Of a stretch of DNA of 64,000 nt, positions 7,470-16,063 are shown in pieces. Source of the stretch: Acutalibacteraceae bacterium (lineage in GTDB: Bacteria > Bacillota > Clostridia > Oscillospirales > Acutalibacteraceae); NCBI GenBank assembly GCA_045578985.1, contig JAZNLH010000040.1:990-64989 (forward strand). Direction: 5' to 3'. The translations under genes and the position numbers were made by a program. Within the stretch, counting starts at the first letter, position 1. Each line of letters opens with the position of its first letter. The notes below the pieces were generated by a model. That model saw only the letters and a program-made list of their open reading frames with translations. It was not told where the DNA came from and did no database searches.

Positions 7470-7637
7470 TTACTGGAAAAAGTCTGACCAGGGAATAGTG
7501 GGATCTTCATTGGGATAAGTTACACCTTCCGGTAAAGTTGCCGGTTCGGTAGTAACTACTGATGAGTTTGTTAAAACATCATCCAACTCAAAATATACTA
7601 TTTTAAAATCAGCTTTTTCGTAAGCTTTCGAAATCAT
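7470..7637 (-). CDS. Small ORF B, 55 aa: MISKAYEKADFKIVYFELDDVLTNSSVVTTEPATLPEGVTYPNEDPTIPWSDFFQ (paralogue of ORF A in its N-half)
   Basis: This is the in-frame distal part of track ORF 7470..7793. The ATG at 7637 lies 4 nt after the stop of the 370-aa gene, so translational coupling is possible; there is no clear SD. The leader motif is conserved with ORF A. Confidence 0.45.
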   Translation of the reverse strand: MISKAYEKADFKIVYFELDDVLTNSSVVTTEPATLPEGVTYPNEDPTIPWSDFFQ

Positions 7638-7641
7638 TAAA

Positions 7642-8754
7642 TTAAGCAAAAATGTCAGCCATACCTGCTGCAACTGCGTTGTCATATGTTGTCTTAGCAT
7701 CAAGCTCAACCCATTCAGAATATACATAAGAACCATCTGTCTTAAGTACATAAGTTCTGATTTCGATTGTGCTTGTAAGAGCATTTGCACCAACAGATGT
7801 TAAAGCAGGAAGGAACTGGAAGCCGCCCTGTACAGTTTCAGATGCTGCACCATCTGTGATGCTACCATTTAAGTAGATCTTAGATGCTGTGCTGCTCTGT
7901 GTAACGCCATCAACCTTAGCTTCGATACCTACACCTGCGATACCGCAAGCATTGCTATCAACTGTGTAACCACAGATTGTCTTACCGTCACCACCGTAAA
8001 CAGCTTTAACTGTTACAGCCATATCGGATTTACCGATGTAACCAAGATCAACAGCAGAGCCGTTAACTCTGATCTTACCTGTAACTTTCTCAAGTGCAGC
8101 TACGCCAGGTTTAGCAACAGCTTCTGTAAGAACAACATTAGCGGCATCATATGCAATACCTGCGGTTGTTGATTCAGTAAACTGTTTGAAGTTAAAGAAG
8201 TTTGAGCCCAAAGCACCTGTAACAACACCGATTGCGTCAGCTTCAGTAAGTGTTTTAAGAGTTGTAAACTGAAGAGTAAAGAGTTCACAATCAGTTTCTA
8301 CAGGATAACCAGTTTTGGTTGTGTATTCACCACCAGAGAGCTGAGCTTCCTGAATCTGAACACCTGCGTTCCAACCATTTGCTTTATCAGCATCGTTAAA
8401 TTTCTTAACGATGTTGTTAGAAATAGTTGTCGCACCATTACATGTAGTACTTACAGTTTTGAAAACATCCTGATAAAAACTACCCCATGCGAATGAAGAA
8501 GTATCAACTGAATAAGCTGTATTGTCATAGCCGAGAGAAATGTTTGCAAATGTAAGCTGAACTTCTTCCCCTTCAGGAATAAGAAGTGTTGCTTTTACAG
8601 TTACAACAGTTCCAGCAGGTGCACCAACAACAGCATCAGATTCAATCTTGATACCAATTTGACCTGTTGTAAGGTCCGCAGCATTTGTAGAGAATGCAAA
8701 GATAGACACAAGCATTACAACTACAAGTGCTACACTTAAAATTTTCTTGGACAT
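7642..8754 (-). CDS. Secreted protein with cohesin-like beta-sandwich signature; function unknown
   Basis: Signal peptide MSKKILSVALVVVMLVSIFAFSTNA. The segment GAPAGTVVTVKATLLIPEGEEVQLTFANISLGYDNTAYSV ... CELFTLQFTTLKT resembles cohesin modules by pattern only. GGAGG SD is present. Confidence 0.5.
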   Translation of the reverse strand: MSKKILSVALVVVMLVSIFAFSTNAADLTTGQIGIKIESDAVVGAPAGTVVTVKATLLIPEGEEVQLTFANISLGYDNTAYSVDTSSFAWGSFYQDVFKTVSTTCNGATTISNNIVKKFNDADKANGWNAGVQIQEAQLSGGEYTTKTGYPVETDCELFTLQFTTLKTLTEADAIGVVTGALGSNFFNFKQFTESTTAGIAYDAANVVLTEAVAKPGVAALEKVTGKIRVNGSAVDLGYIGKSDMAVTVKAVYGGDGKTICGYTVDSNACGIAGVGIEAKVDGVTQSSTASKIYLNGSITDGAASETVQGGFQFLPALTSVGANALTSTIEIRTYVLKTDGSYVYSEWVELDAKTTYDNAVAAGMADIFA

Positions 8755-8786
8755 TTTAAGTTGCCTCCTATTAAATTAAAAAAGAA

Positions 8787-9896
8787 TTATAAAATTGCGA
8801 TAATATCACTGATTATGATACGACCAGTATCATCGTTCAACATATATGCGTCATGAAGTTCAACGTCACCAGCGTCGATAGCGTCTGCTGCTCCATCGCC
8901 GTTAACGTCGCCTGCAAACTCTTGGCATGCAAGAAGACGACCAGTCTCATCGTTCAACATATATGCGTCATGAAGTTCAATGTCACCAGCATCGATAGCA
9001 TCTGCTGCTCCATCACCGTTAACGTCACCAAAAATTATGAGAACATAACTTTCAACTACGTTACCATCAAGATCAAGAACATTAACCATTGCACCTGTGC
9101 CAGCATCTGAACCAGCATCTGAAGAAATAACCTCTAAAGTACCGTCGCCAACGACCTCGAATATGGTATCAACTGTATCACCTGCATCGGGATCCAAACC
9201 ATAAACGTAACCATCGCACTCAATACCATTATCGGCATCTATTGTTGTTCTTGTAGTATCGATAACACCGATAGTGCCGTCGATAACAGCAAGTGTGGGA
9301 GGTTCAGTAGCGCCGCCGATAACTACGGAGTTACCTGCGTCAACTGTCTGACCTGTGATGGGGTCACCTGTAACAAGGTTATCATCAGTTACACGAGCAG
9401 CGATAAGAGAACCGCCAACGTTTGTTGCAGATTTTGCATCATCTTCAATAGCGATTGTTGCAGAACCTGAACCGCTGTAGCTGTAAACAACAGTAGCGAT
9501 AACGCCATCGATTGCAACAGCTTCGATTGTAGCAACGCTTGATGTATCATATAAGAACATCACTTTGCCTTTTGTTTTGTTAACGCTGATAGTAGCGTTA
9601 TAATCTTCGGGAATAGCATCACCGATTGTAACAGACTGAATAGCTGCTACGGATGTGTCAGTGTTTGTGAGAACGAACTGGATAGGACCTGTTGCGTAGT
9701 TTGTTGTAAGAGAAACATCTACGGTATAGGTACCGTCGCCGTTGTCAACGGGCTCACTGAGTGCCCAAGTCTGTGTGTAGTTAGCTGCATCTTCTTCTGA
9801 TTCATAGTAGTAAGCAGCATTTGCTGTCATAGCAAACATAGAAACTACCATCATAAGAGCAATAACAACACTAAGAAGTTTTCTTGTCTTTGACAT
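8787..9896 (-). CDS. Secreted cohesin-like protein with a C-terminal tandem dockerin-like duplication (2 x 39 aa)
   Basis: Signal peptide ...MFAMTANA. Cohesin-like block GPIQFVLTNTDTSVAAIQSVTIGDAIP...GKVMFLYDTS...GVIATVVYSYSGSGSATIAI. The C-terminus has two copies of GDVNGDGAADAIDAGD[IV]ELHDAYMLND[ED]TGR, an EF-hand-type DxNxDGxxDxxD loop. Confidence 0.6.
   Translation of the reverse strand: MSKTRKLLSVVIALMMVVSMFAMTANAAYYYESEEDAANYTQTWALSEPVDNGDGTYTVDVSLTTNYATGPIQFVLTNTDTSVAAIQSVTIGDAIPEDYNATISVNKTKGKVMFLYDTSSVATIEAVAIDGVIATVVYSYSGSGSATIAIEDDAKSATNVGGSLIAARVTDDNLVTGDPITGQTVDAGNSVVIGGATEPPTLAVIDGTIGVIDTTRTTIDADNGIECDGYVYGLDPDAGDTVDTIFEVVGDGTLEVISSDAGSDAGTGAMVNVLDLDGNVVESYVLIIFGDVNGDGAADAIDAGDIELHDAYMLNDETGRLLACQEFAGDVNGDGAADAIDAGDVELHDAYMLNDDTGRIIISDIIAIL
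8821..9029 (-). repeat. Tandem 117-bp-period DNA duplication encoding the two dockerin-like segments
   Basis: 8821-8912 and 8938-9029 are about 93% identical (6 mismatches in 92 bp). The period is 117 bp, or 39 codons. Confidence 0.9.
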
Positions 9897-9989
9897 TTGT
9901 TTGCCTCCTTGGATAATTTTTTCAAATTCTCTCCAAATTGCGGCTAACGCCGCACCGCTTAAACCATTGTTATCGCACAGCGATAATAG

Positions 9990-10223
9990 TTAGGAATTAG
10001 GAATGAGGGGTTAGGAGTTTCGGGGCAAAGCCGATTATAAGCTTCGCTTTTTGAATCTCCGTCCTTACTCTTAAACCTGACATTATACCGCAATTGCGAG
10101 ACGGAATATATATACTATTATATATATGTGGGTATGGGGAACGAAACGAGGCTGGTTTTGCGTTAGCATAAAATGCCGTGCGCAGCACCCTTAACTCCTC
10201 ACTCCTAACTCCTCATTCCTCAC
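9990..10223. repeat. Imperfect inverted repeat (purine-rich AGGAG-type arm / CU-rich arm) enclosing ~167 bp in the intergenic leader
   Basis: The 9990-10019 arm is TTAGGAATTAGGAATGAGGGGTTAGGAGTT. The 10187-10223 arm is ACCCTTAACTCCTCACTCCTAACTCCTCATTCCTCAC. The core is 19/20 complementary. Confidence 0.85.
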
Positions 10224-10330
10224 TTTTCATCCATCTCCCCCTCCGGGTTTCCCCGGAGGAGTGATAGCATTTAATAGTTTAAGGGATTTGTATTAAATCA
10301 CATTAGTGAATTAAAACCGTTAGACTTAAA

Positions 10331-13300
10331 TTAAGCAATAACTTTGTTAACAACTGCTGTGTAGTCAGCGCCTGCGATTTCTTCAGTAGCTGTGTCGAGG
10401 TTAGCTGCGATGAAGTAGCAACCTTCGAGCTGAGCATGTTCGTTAGCTGTAAGCTCTGTAAGAGCAGCGTCAAGAACGTCAAGAGCACCGTCACCGTTTA
10501 CGTCAGCGTCAACAACAACCTTAACTGTAGCAACGGGAACCTTAACACCACTTACGAGTGTGTAGAATGTAACTGTTGCGTTTGTACCTGTGAATGCTTC
10601 AAGGTCAGTATCAATTGTGTAGTTAACGTCGTTAGAAACTGTAATAAGGTCTGTTGTTACATTTGCGCTTGTTGCAGTTGCGCCAAGAAGAGCCTTAACT
10701 GTGTCTGCATCAAGTTCGGGAGCAATTCTTGCAACAGAAGCTGTGATAGCGGGAACATCGTTAACCTTATCTTCAGGAACGATTGTTTCTGTAGCAATGT
10801 TAGCACCTGTAATGTTGAGGCCTTTGAATTTAAGTCTTGCAAGAGCTTCTTTAAGTGCTGTAGCAGCTCTGTCAATCTTATACTGTTCATCTTCTGCATA
10901 AGGTTCTGAGTTCTCATGAAGAGCTGAACCGGGGAAGAGCTGAACCATGTCACCGTCTGCATTTTCAAGGTCTACATAACCGAGTTCTGCAAGAACCTGA
11001 CCGATTTCTTTAGCTGTGTTGTCGTAAAGGCCTGTGTTAGCCATTACCTGCTGAGCCTGAGCAATAAGTGCTTCAAGTTCAGAATAGTCTGCTTCGTCTT
11101 CAACCAATACGAGCTCGTTACGAGCAATCATGAGGTTGTACTTAGCATCAAATACTGTCATCTGAGTGGGGTTAGCAAGAACAGCCTTAGCTTCGTTGTA
11201 AGCTTCGATATACTTAGCCCAGCTACGTGCTGTGTAAAGGCTCTGTGCACCAACCATATTGTCTGCAGATGTGATTTCGTCTGCAAGGAATGTTGTGATA
11301 ACACCATGATCTCTAGCAAGAAGACGATCAGATGTTCTTTCGACAAGGTTAGCAGCCATTTCAACGTCAAGAAGTGTCTGTGACTGATACTCAAGTTTCT
11401 TGTTCTTGAGCCAGTTTTCAGTTTCCTTGATTGCGTTTTCATCCTTTTTCTCAAGAAGAGCAAGGATGTATCTTTCGTACTGATCACCTGCTACGAGAGC
11501 TCTGAGGTCATCTTCGTTGATCCATGTGTAGGGGAAGTCTTCGTCGATTTCATCAACTGTTGCGTTAGAAGCATCGTTCTTAAGGTTGATGTAGTACTTA
11601 GCATCGTTACGAGCATCGTTGTAACGGTTCCATCTATACATCTTATAATCTGTATAGTCGTAAGCGTCACTCTTTGCTGCTTCGATAGCATCAACGTCTG
11701 CCTTAAGAGCATCAACAGCAGCGTCAATGTTGTCACCGTTGCCTTCTGCAACAATCTGTGCTGTGCCCTTCTTACAGTAACCAACGTCGTTTGAAGCAAC
11801 TTCAAAAGCTTCATAAAGAGCCTGGAAGTTATAAACAGTGTTAGCGTTGAAAGCCTGCATACCGCCGCGGATACCGGGAACGATGTTTGCAACATAGTTT
11901 GAAATAGCAGTAGCGCAGTCGATAACTGTTACTTTCTTAACAGCGATTTCTTCGCCGTCAACTGTTACAGTACCGTAGTTACCTTCTTCATCAGTTGTAG
12001 TAACAGCAGATGCAGCATACTCAGTAACTGTTTCTGTAACTGTAGAGCCGTTAGCATCTGTGTAGCTACCTGCCCACTTGTTTGCATCTTCGTTAGCAAC
12101 CCAAGCAGTTGTTGCGAAGTTAGTATCACGAAGAACTCTTTCGCCGTCTTCATCAGTTGTTTCAGCTGATTCAAGAACGCCGTCAGTGTAATATTTACCT
12201 GTAAGGTTGTAGTCAGCTGCAAGTCTTACAGCATCCATTTCTTCTGCTGCGAGTGATGTAAGCTTGTTGTAGTAAACATCATCGTAGTAGTAGAGAGTAA
12301 GGTTGTGAGGACCGTTATTTGTGCCCTTAGCTGTCAATGTAATTGACCATGTTGATGATGAACCGGAAGTCTTGTTAGCAGCTTTCCATGTAGCTTCATT
12401 AACACTACCGCTAATTGTAAGAGCATTACCGGAACCGGACTGTTCGTCACCGTCTTCATTAGTTGCCTGTACGGTATATGAGTCGAACTGTCTGAGGTCA
12501 TTGAAGTAACGACCACCTGAAGAGTTAGCGAATGTCATTGAAACGTTACCGAATGTGATACCGTCAACTGTTGGTGTAGCAGCTGTAATAGCACCCTTCT
12601 GATTAGATGTGAAGAGCTTATAATCACGACCGAATTTACCTGTTACGATTCCGGGGATGTAATCCACAGCTGTTGAAAGGGGAACATAGCGAGGACCGTA
12701 GATGGCTGCATAAGTAAGTGAGCCATTGTTGTTGAAGTATGTTTCCTGACCTTCGTTTGTGGGGTTGTAGTTAAGCCATGCGTAAGATTTAGCATAGAAT
12801 GTCTTACCGTTAGACATTGCGTTGCCGTCTTCATCATAAACTTTATAACCAACCTCAAATCTTACAAGAGCACCGCCTGTACCAACGCCTGTTGCATTGT
12901 AAGTGAAGGTAGCTGACTGACCGTAGTCGATCTTACCTGTGTCATAACTTGCAATTGAAACATATGCTGAAGCGCCGTCACCAAGTTCATCATAAGCCTT
13001 AACGCTTACAAGCTGAATCTGGTACTGGTTATCAGTATATTCGTTACCTGCTGCGTCTCTGTAGTGTCTCCATACACCATTTGAAGCGTTACGAACATTA
13101 ACTGTCTGAGTTGCTGTTGTAGCACCGTTTGTAAGGTCAACAGATCTTGAAAGTGAAATCTGAGGAGTATTGAACTCCTGTTCTGTACCCCAGCCCTTGA
13201 TAAACATACCAACTACGGGAAGTGCACAGTTAAGAAGGTCTTCTGCCTGAGTGTAAAGAGCTCTGAGAAGCTGCTGAACAGTAATCTTAAGGTTAGCCTG

Positions 13301-15742
13301 TGAAACTACTGTATCAAGGTTTCTTGAATCTTCGCCCTGAAGAAGATTTGTGTAACCGTCACCATTTCCTTCGATGGGAAGAACAAGGTTTACAATATCA
13401 TTTACGAGAGTGAGAACAACTGTGATAAGGTTCTCATCATCAAAGATATTGTAAGAAGAATCCTGGTTTCTACCGAAGAGAGATGCAATTTCGGCAAGGT
13501 CAAAGCTTGTAAGGAATGCTTTTACCTTATCAAAGAGCATTGATACGTCGAAATCCCAAGAATCAGATGTACAACCACAAATAAAACCGAGAGGAAGAAG
13601 TGTGTTGAGAACATAGCTGAATTTATCAAAGGGATCGTTATAAGCAGCAAGTTTAGTGGGTTCGAAACCGTGGATAACGCTTGCTGTACCGTCGCTTACA
13701 TACTCAGCAGCCCATGTAACAGCAGCACCGAGCATATCTTTCCAACGAGTTTCTGTGATTCCCTGTGTGGGAATAGCTGTGTTGAAGTTTGTGATGTTGT
13801 TAAGGTATGTGTAACCAACATCGACACCCATATTAAGGATGATGTTGAACCATGTTTCAGCATCATTTGTTTTGAACTGTCTGTCGTTAGCAGATGTTAC
13901 ATTGCCGTTTGCGAAGATGTAAGCATCATAGTTAACGTTAGGAGCGATTTCAGTAATGAATTCACGGAGAACAAGAGCACCGAATTCAAGAAGCTGAACG
14001 CCTTCGTGGAATGCATAAGTACCGTCAGCATTCTTAGGCATAATAAGCTGGGGCATTGCATCCTCAAAGAGAACGGGACCAATGATAGCGATGATGTCGA
14101 TGATAGATTTATCAGCAACATCGGCATATTCCCATGCAACATAAGGTGATGAAGAACCGAAGATTTTATCAGCATGTTCAGCGAGAAGATATTTAAGAAG
14201 ACGTTCTGCGTTGTTCATGAGCTGTTCTGTTGTAGGACCATCTACCCAGTAGTCACCTGTTAAATCTGCAAAGTAATCCTTAACATCCTGCTTAACTGCT
14301 GTTTCGAATACAACATAAAGAAGGTGGTTAAGAGATTCCATGATTGAACCGTATTCTTCAATAAGAGCTGCATAGTTAAGAGCAGCAAGGTTTTCTAAAC
14401 CGAATTCAGCTGAAGTAGCTTCATCTGTTAACGGTTCGGGAGCAACGAATTCCCAACCGAAGTCTATGAGCTGGAAGAAATCGTTAGCTGTTGCTGTGTT
14501 AGCTTTGAAGTACTTACGAACTTTTTCTGTCTGTTCTTCGCCGTCTGCACCAAGAAGAGGTTCACCGTCGTCACCAACGATTACTTCTGTTTCCATTGTT
14601 GTGTAGTACCAGTCAGAACCGAAGCTTGCGATATTGTCGTAAGCGATGTAAGTAACGTATGTTTCTTTGCCGTCTACTGCATCAACTTCGAAGTGTGTTG
14701 CAACGTCAGCGGGAAGAGTTGCAGGATCGATTTCGTTGAACTCAACTTCAACAGCTTCCATAAGAGCTTTCTTAAGGTTGTTGTTGAGAGCACCGACACC
14801 GAGGTCATAAATAGCAAAGGGAGCAAGCTTGTCGATAAGCTGGAAGAGGCTGTTCTTATCAGCTTCACCGTCGCCATCATAGTCAGTGGATGAACCTGTA
14901 ATGCTGAAGTAATCCATTACAGTGTCAATGCCGTACTTAGCAACTGTGGGCATAAGAAGTGAATCCATGTTCCAGACTTTCTTAGCAGCTTCGCCTTCAC
15001 CTTCCCAAGAATAATCCTGGGGATAAACAAGAAGACCGCCGATAGCTCTGTTAGCGATTTCGTTAAGAGAGTCAACTTCTGTAGGAAGTGTGCCGAGTTC
15101 TTCAGCATTCTTATCGTAACCGTAAGAGCCGTGGATAAGCAAGTCATAAACCATTTCTGTAAGCATCAACGGAATGTTTGAAAGCATATCGCCGATATCG
15201 CCAAGGTCAAGGAAGTTACCGATAAGACCAAGGCTAACACCGGGGTCGCCAGTTAAACCGTAAGCTGCTTTAGAAAGAATGTTTGAGTTGTTATCGTTAC
15301 CGATGAACTCAAGAAGAGCTAAGACAACGTTAATATCACCGTGTTCTCTCTTGTAAGCTGTGTGAGAACTGAATGTACCGAATGAACCACTTTGAAGAAG
15401 AGGAGAGAAGTCCATGTCGCCAAGGTCACCGAGAAGACCGGAACCGATAGTCCATGCGAAAGAGTCTCTCAAACTACAGATATCTTCAAAGATATTGTCA
15501 ATCTTGTTAAGTCTGAGCTCACCAAGAATTGAAAGGTCGATAGTTTCCATACCTGCAAGGAGATCGTTATCGACCAAGTCGAGAGCAAGGTCAGCAACCT
15601 GTTCAGGTGTAAGCTGTGCATCGTCGATGTTATCCCAAGTAACTTCACTCTTAACGAGTGCTGCGTTACCGATAACTGTCATGCAGCTGAAAGCCATAAC
15701 AAGAGCAAGAACCAAACTCAACAATTTAGTTGATTGTTTCAT
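10331..15742 (-). CDS. Giant (1803 aa) secreted protein with a C-terminal dockerin-like module and FIVAR-like helical segments; no catalytic domain recognised
   Basis: Signal peptide MKQSTKLLSLVLALVMAFSCMTVIGNA and a GGAGG SD. The C-terminus DADVNGDGALDVLDAALTELT...AANLDTATEEIAGADYTAVVNKVIA has the two-segment dockerin layout. YTARSWAKYIEAYNEAKAVLANP is FIVAR-like. The ORF is uninterrupted for 5.4 kb. Confidence 0.75.
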   Translation of the reverse strand: MKQSTKLLSLVLALVMAFSCMTVIGNAALVKSEVTWDNIDDAQLTPEQVADLALDLVDNDLLAGMETIDLSILGELRLNKIDNIFEDICSLRDSFAWTIGSGLLGDLGDMDFSPLLQSGSFGTFSSHTAYKREHGDINVVLALLEFIGNDNNSNILSKAAYGLTGDPGVSLGLIGNFLDLGDIGDMLSNIPLMLTEMVYDLLIHGSYGYDKNAEELGTLPTEVDSLNEIANRAIGGLLVYPQDYSWEGEGEAAKKVWNMDSLLMPTVAKYGIDTVMDYFSITGSSTDYDGDGEADKNSLFQLIDKLAPFAIYDLGVGALNNNLKKALMEAVEVEFNEIDPATLPADVATHFEVDAVDGKETYVTYIAYDNIASFGSDWYYTTMETEVIVGDDGEPLLGADGEEQTEKVRKYFKANTATANDFFQLIDFGWEFVAPEPLTDEATSAEFGLENLAALNYAALIEEYGSIMESLNHLLYVVFETAVKQDVKDYFADLTGDYWVDGPTTEQLMNNAERLLKYLLAEHADKIFGSSSPYVAWEYADVADKSIIDIIAIIGPVLFEDAMPQLIMPKNADGTYAFHEGVQLLEFGALVLREFITEIAPNVNYDAYIFANGNVTSANDRQFKTNDAETWFNIILNMGVDVGYTYLNNITNFNTAIPTQGITETRWKDMLGAAVTWAAEYVSDGTASVIHGFEPTKLAAYNDPFDKFSYVLNTLLPLGFICGCTSDSWDFDVSMLFDKVKAFLTSFDLAEIASLFGRNQDSSYNIFDDENLITVVLTLVNDIVNLVLPIEGNGDGYTNLLQGEDSRNLDTVVSQANLKITVQQLLRALYTQAEDLLNCALPVVGMFIKGWGTEQEFNTPQISLSRSVDLTNGATTATQTVNVRNASNGVWRHYRDAAGNEYTDNQYQIQLVSVKAYDELGDGASAYVSIASYDTGKIDYGQSATFTYNATGVGTGGALVRFEVGYKVYDEDGNAMSNGKTFYAKSYAWLNYNPTNEGQETYFNNNGSLTYAAIYGPRYVPLSTAVDYIPGIVTGKFGRDYKLFTSNQKGAITAATPTVDGITFGNVSMTFANSSGGRYFNDLRQFDSYTVQATNEDGDEQSGSGNALTISGSVNEATWKAANKTSGSSSTWSITLTAKGTNNGPHNLTLYYYDDVYYNKLTSLAAEEMDAVRLAADYNLTGKYYTDGVLESAETTDEDGERVLRDTNFATTAWVANEDANKWAGSYTDANGSTVTETVTEYAASAVTTTDEEGNYGTVTVDGEEIAVKKVTVIDCATAISNYVANIVPGIRGGMQAFNANTVYNFQALYEAFEVASNDVGYCKKGTAQIVAEGNGDNIDAAVDALKADVDAIEAAKSDAYDYTDYKMYRWNRYNDARNDAKYYINLKNDASNATVDEIDEDFPYTWINEDDLRALVAGDQYERYILALLEKKDENAIKETENWLKNKKLEYQSQTLLDVEMAANLVERTSDRLLARDHGVITTFLADEITSADNMVGAQSLYTARSWAKYIEAYNEAKAVLANPTQMTVFDAKYNLMIARNELVLVEDEADYSELEALIAQAQQVMANTGLYDNTAKEIGQVLAELGYVDLENADGDMVQLFPGSALHENSEPYAEDEQYKIDRAATALKEALARLKFKGLNITGANIATETIVPEDKVNDVPAITASVARIAPELDADTVKALLGATATSANVTTDLITVSNDVNYTIDTDLEAFTGTNATVTFYTLVSGVKVPVATVKVVVDADVNGDGALDVLDAALTELTANEHAQLEGCYFIAANLDTATEEIAGADYTAVVNKVIA

Positions 15743-16014
15743 AAAGTTTTACCTCCATATTTTAGTACGCCAATACAAAAATACGCGTGCGTTAACTCAA
15801 AACGCCAAACCGCAGACACGCACTGACTGCGGAAAACATTTTTGTCGCACAGACCCCCTTTCATAAATTTCCGAAACCTTTCGCGATAAAAAGCAAAGCT
15901 CAATATCGCAGTTTTGGTGGGATTACATTCTGACCGCGGGCTCAAAGTCCTACTGACTTCTACAAAGTGCACAGCGCCGAATTGCTCAGAGCGCATAGCG
16001 GGAGCGAATTACAT

Positions 16015-16063
16015 TTAGGAATCAGGAGTGAAGGGTTAAGGGGGCGCTTGGCGCCGATTGTAA
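16015..16063. repeat. Third copy of the leader element arm seen at 9990-10040
   Basis: TTAGGAATCAGGAGTGAAGGGTTAAG...GCCGATTGTAA compares with TTAGGAATTAGGAATGAGGGGTTAGG...GCCGATTATAA. Identity is 22/26 at the start and 10/11 at the end. Confidence 0.7.

Noticed and set aside
7324-7637. Calling the locus a complete lasso-peptide (or other defined RiPP) gene cluster
   Set aside because: Only precursor-like peptides and a distant HprK-like gene are present. There is no cyclase, RRE, protease, radical SAM enzyme or exporter in 64 kb. The putative core of ORF A (12 aa) would be shorter than known lasso cores.
7318-7793. Track ORFs 7318..7518 (+, 66 aa) and the full 7470..7793 (-, 107 aa)
   Set aside because: The plus-strand ORF is antisense to small ORF A and has no SD. 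The first 52 codons of the 107-aa ORF overlap the 3' end of the 370-aa gene in another frame. Only its distal 55 codons, from the ATG at 7637, make sense.
10303-15147. Many 60-160-aa ORFs inside or antisense to the 1803-aa gene, and similar shadow ORFs inside other long genes
   Set aside because: They are frame shadows of a long, uninterrupted, signal-peptide-bearing ORF, with low-complexity L/T/Q- or C/N/V-rich translations and no start signals.
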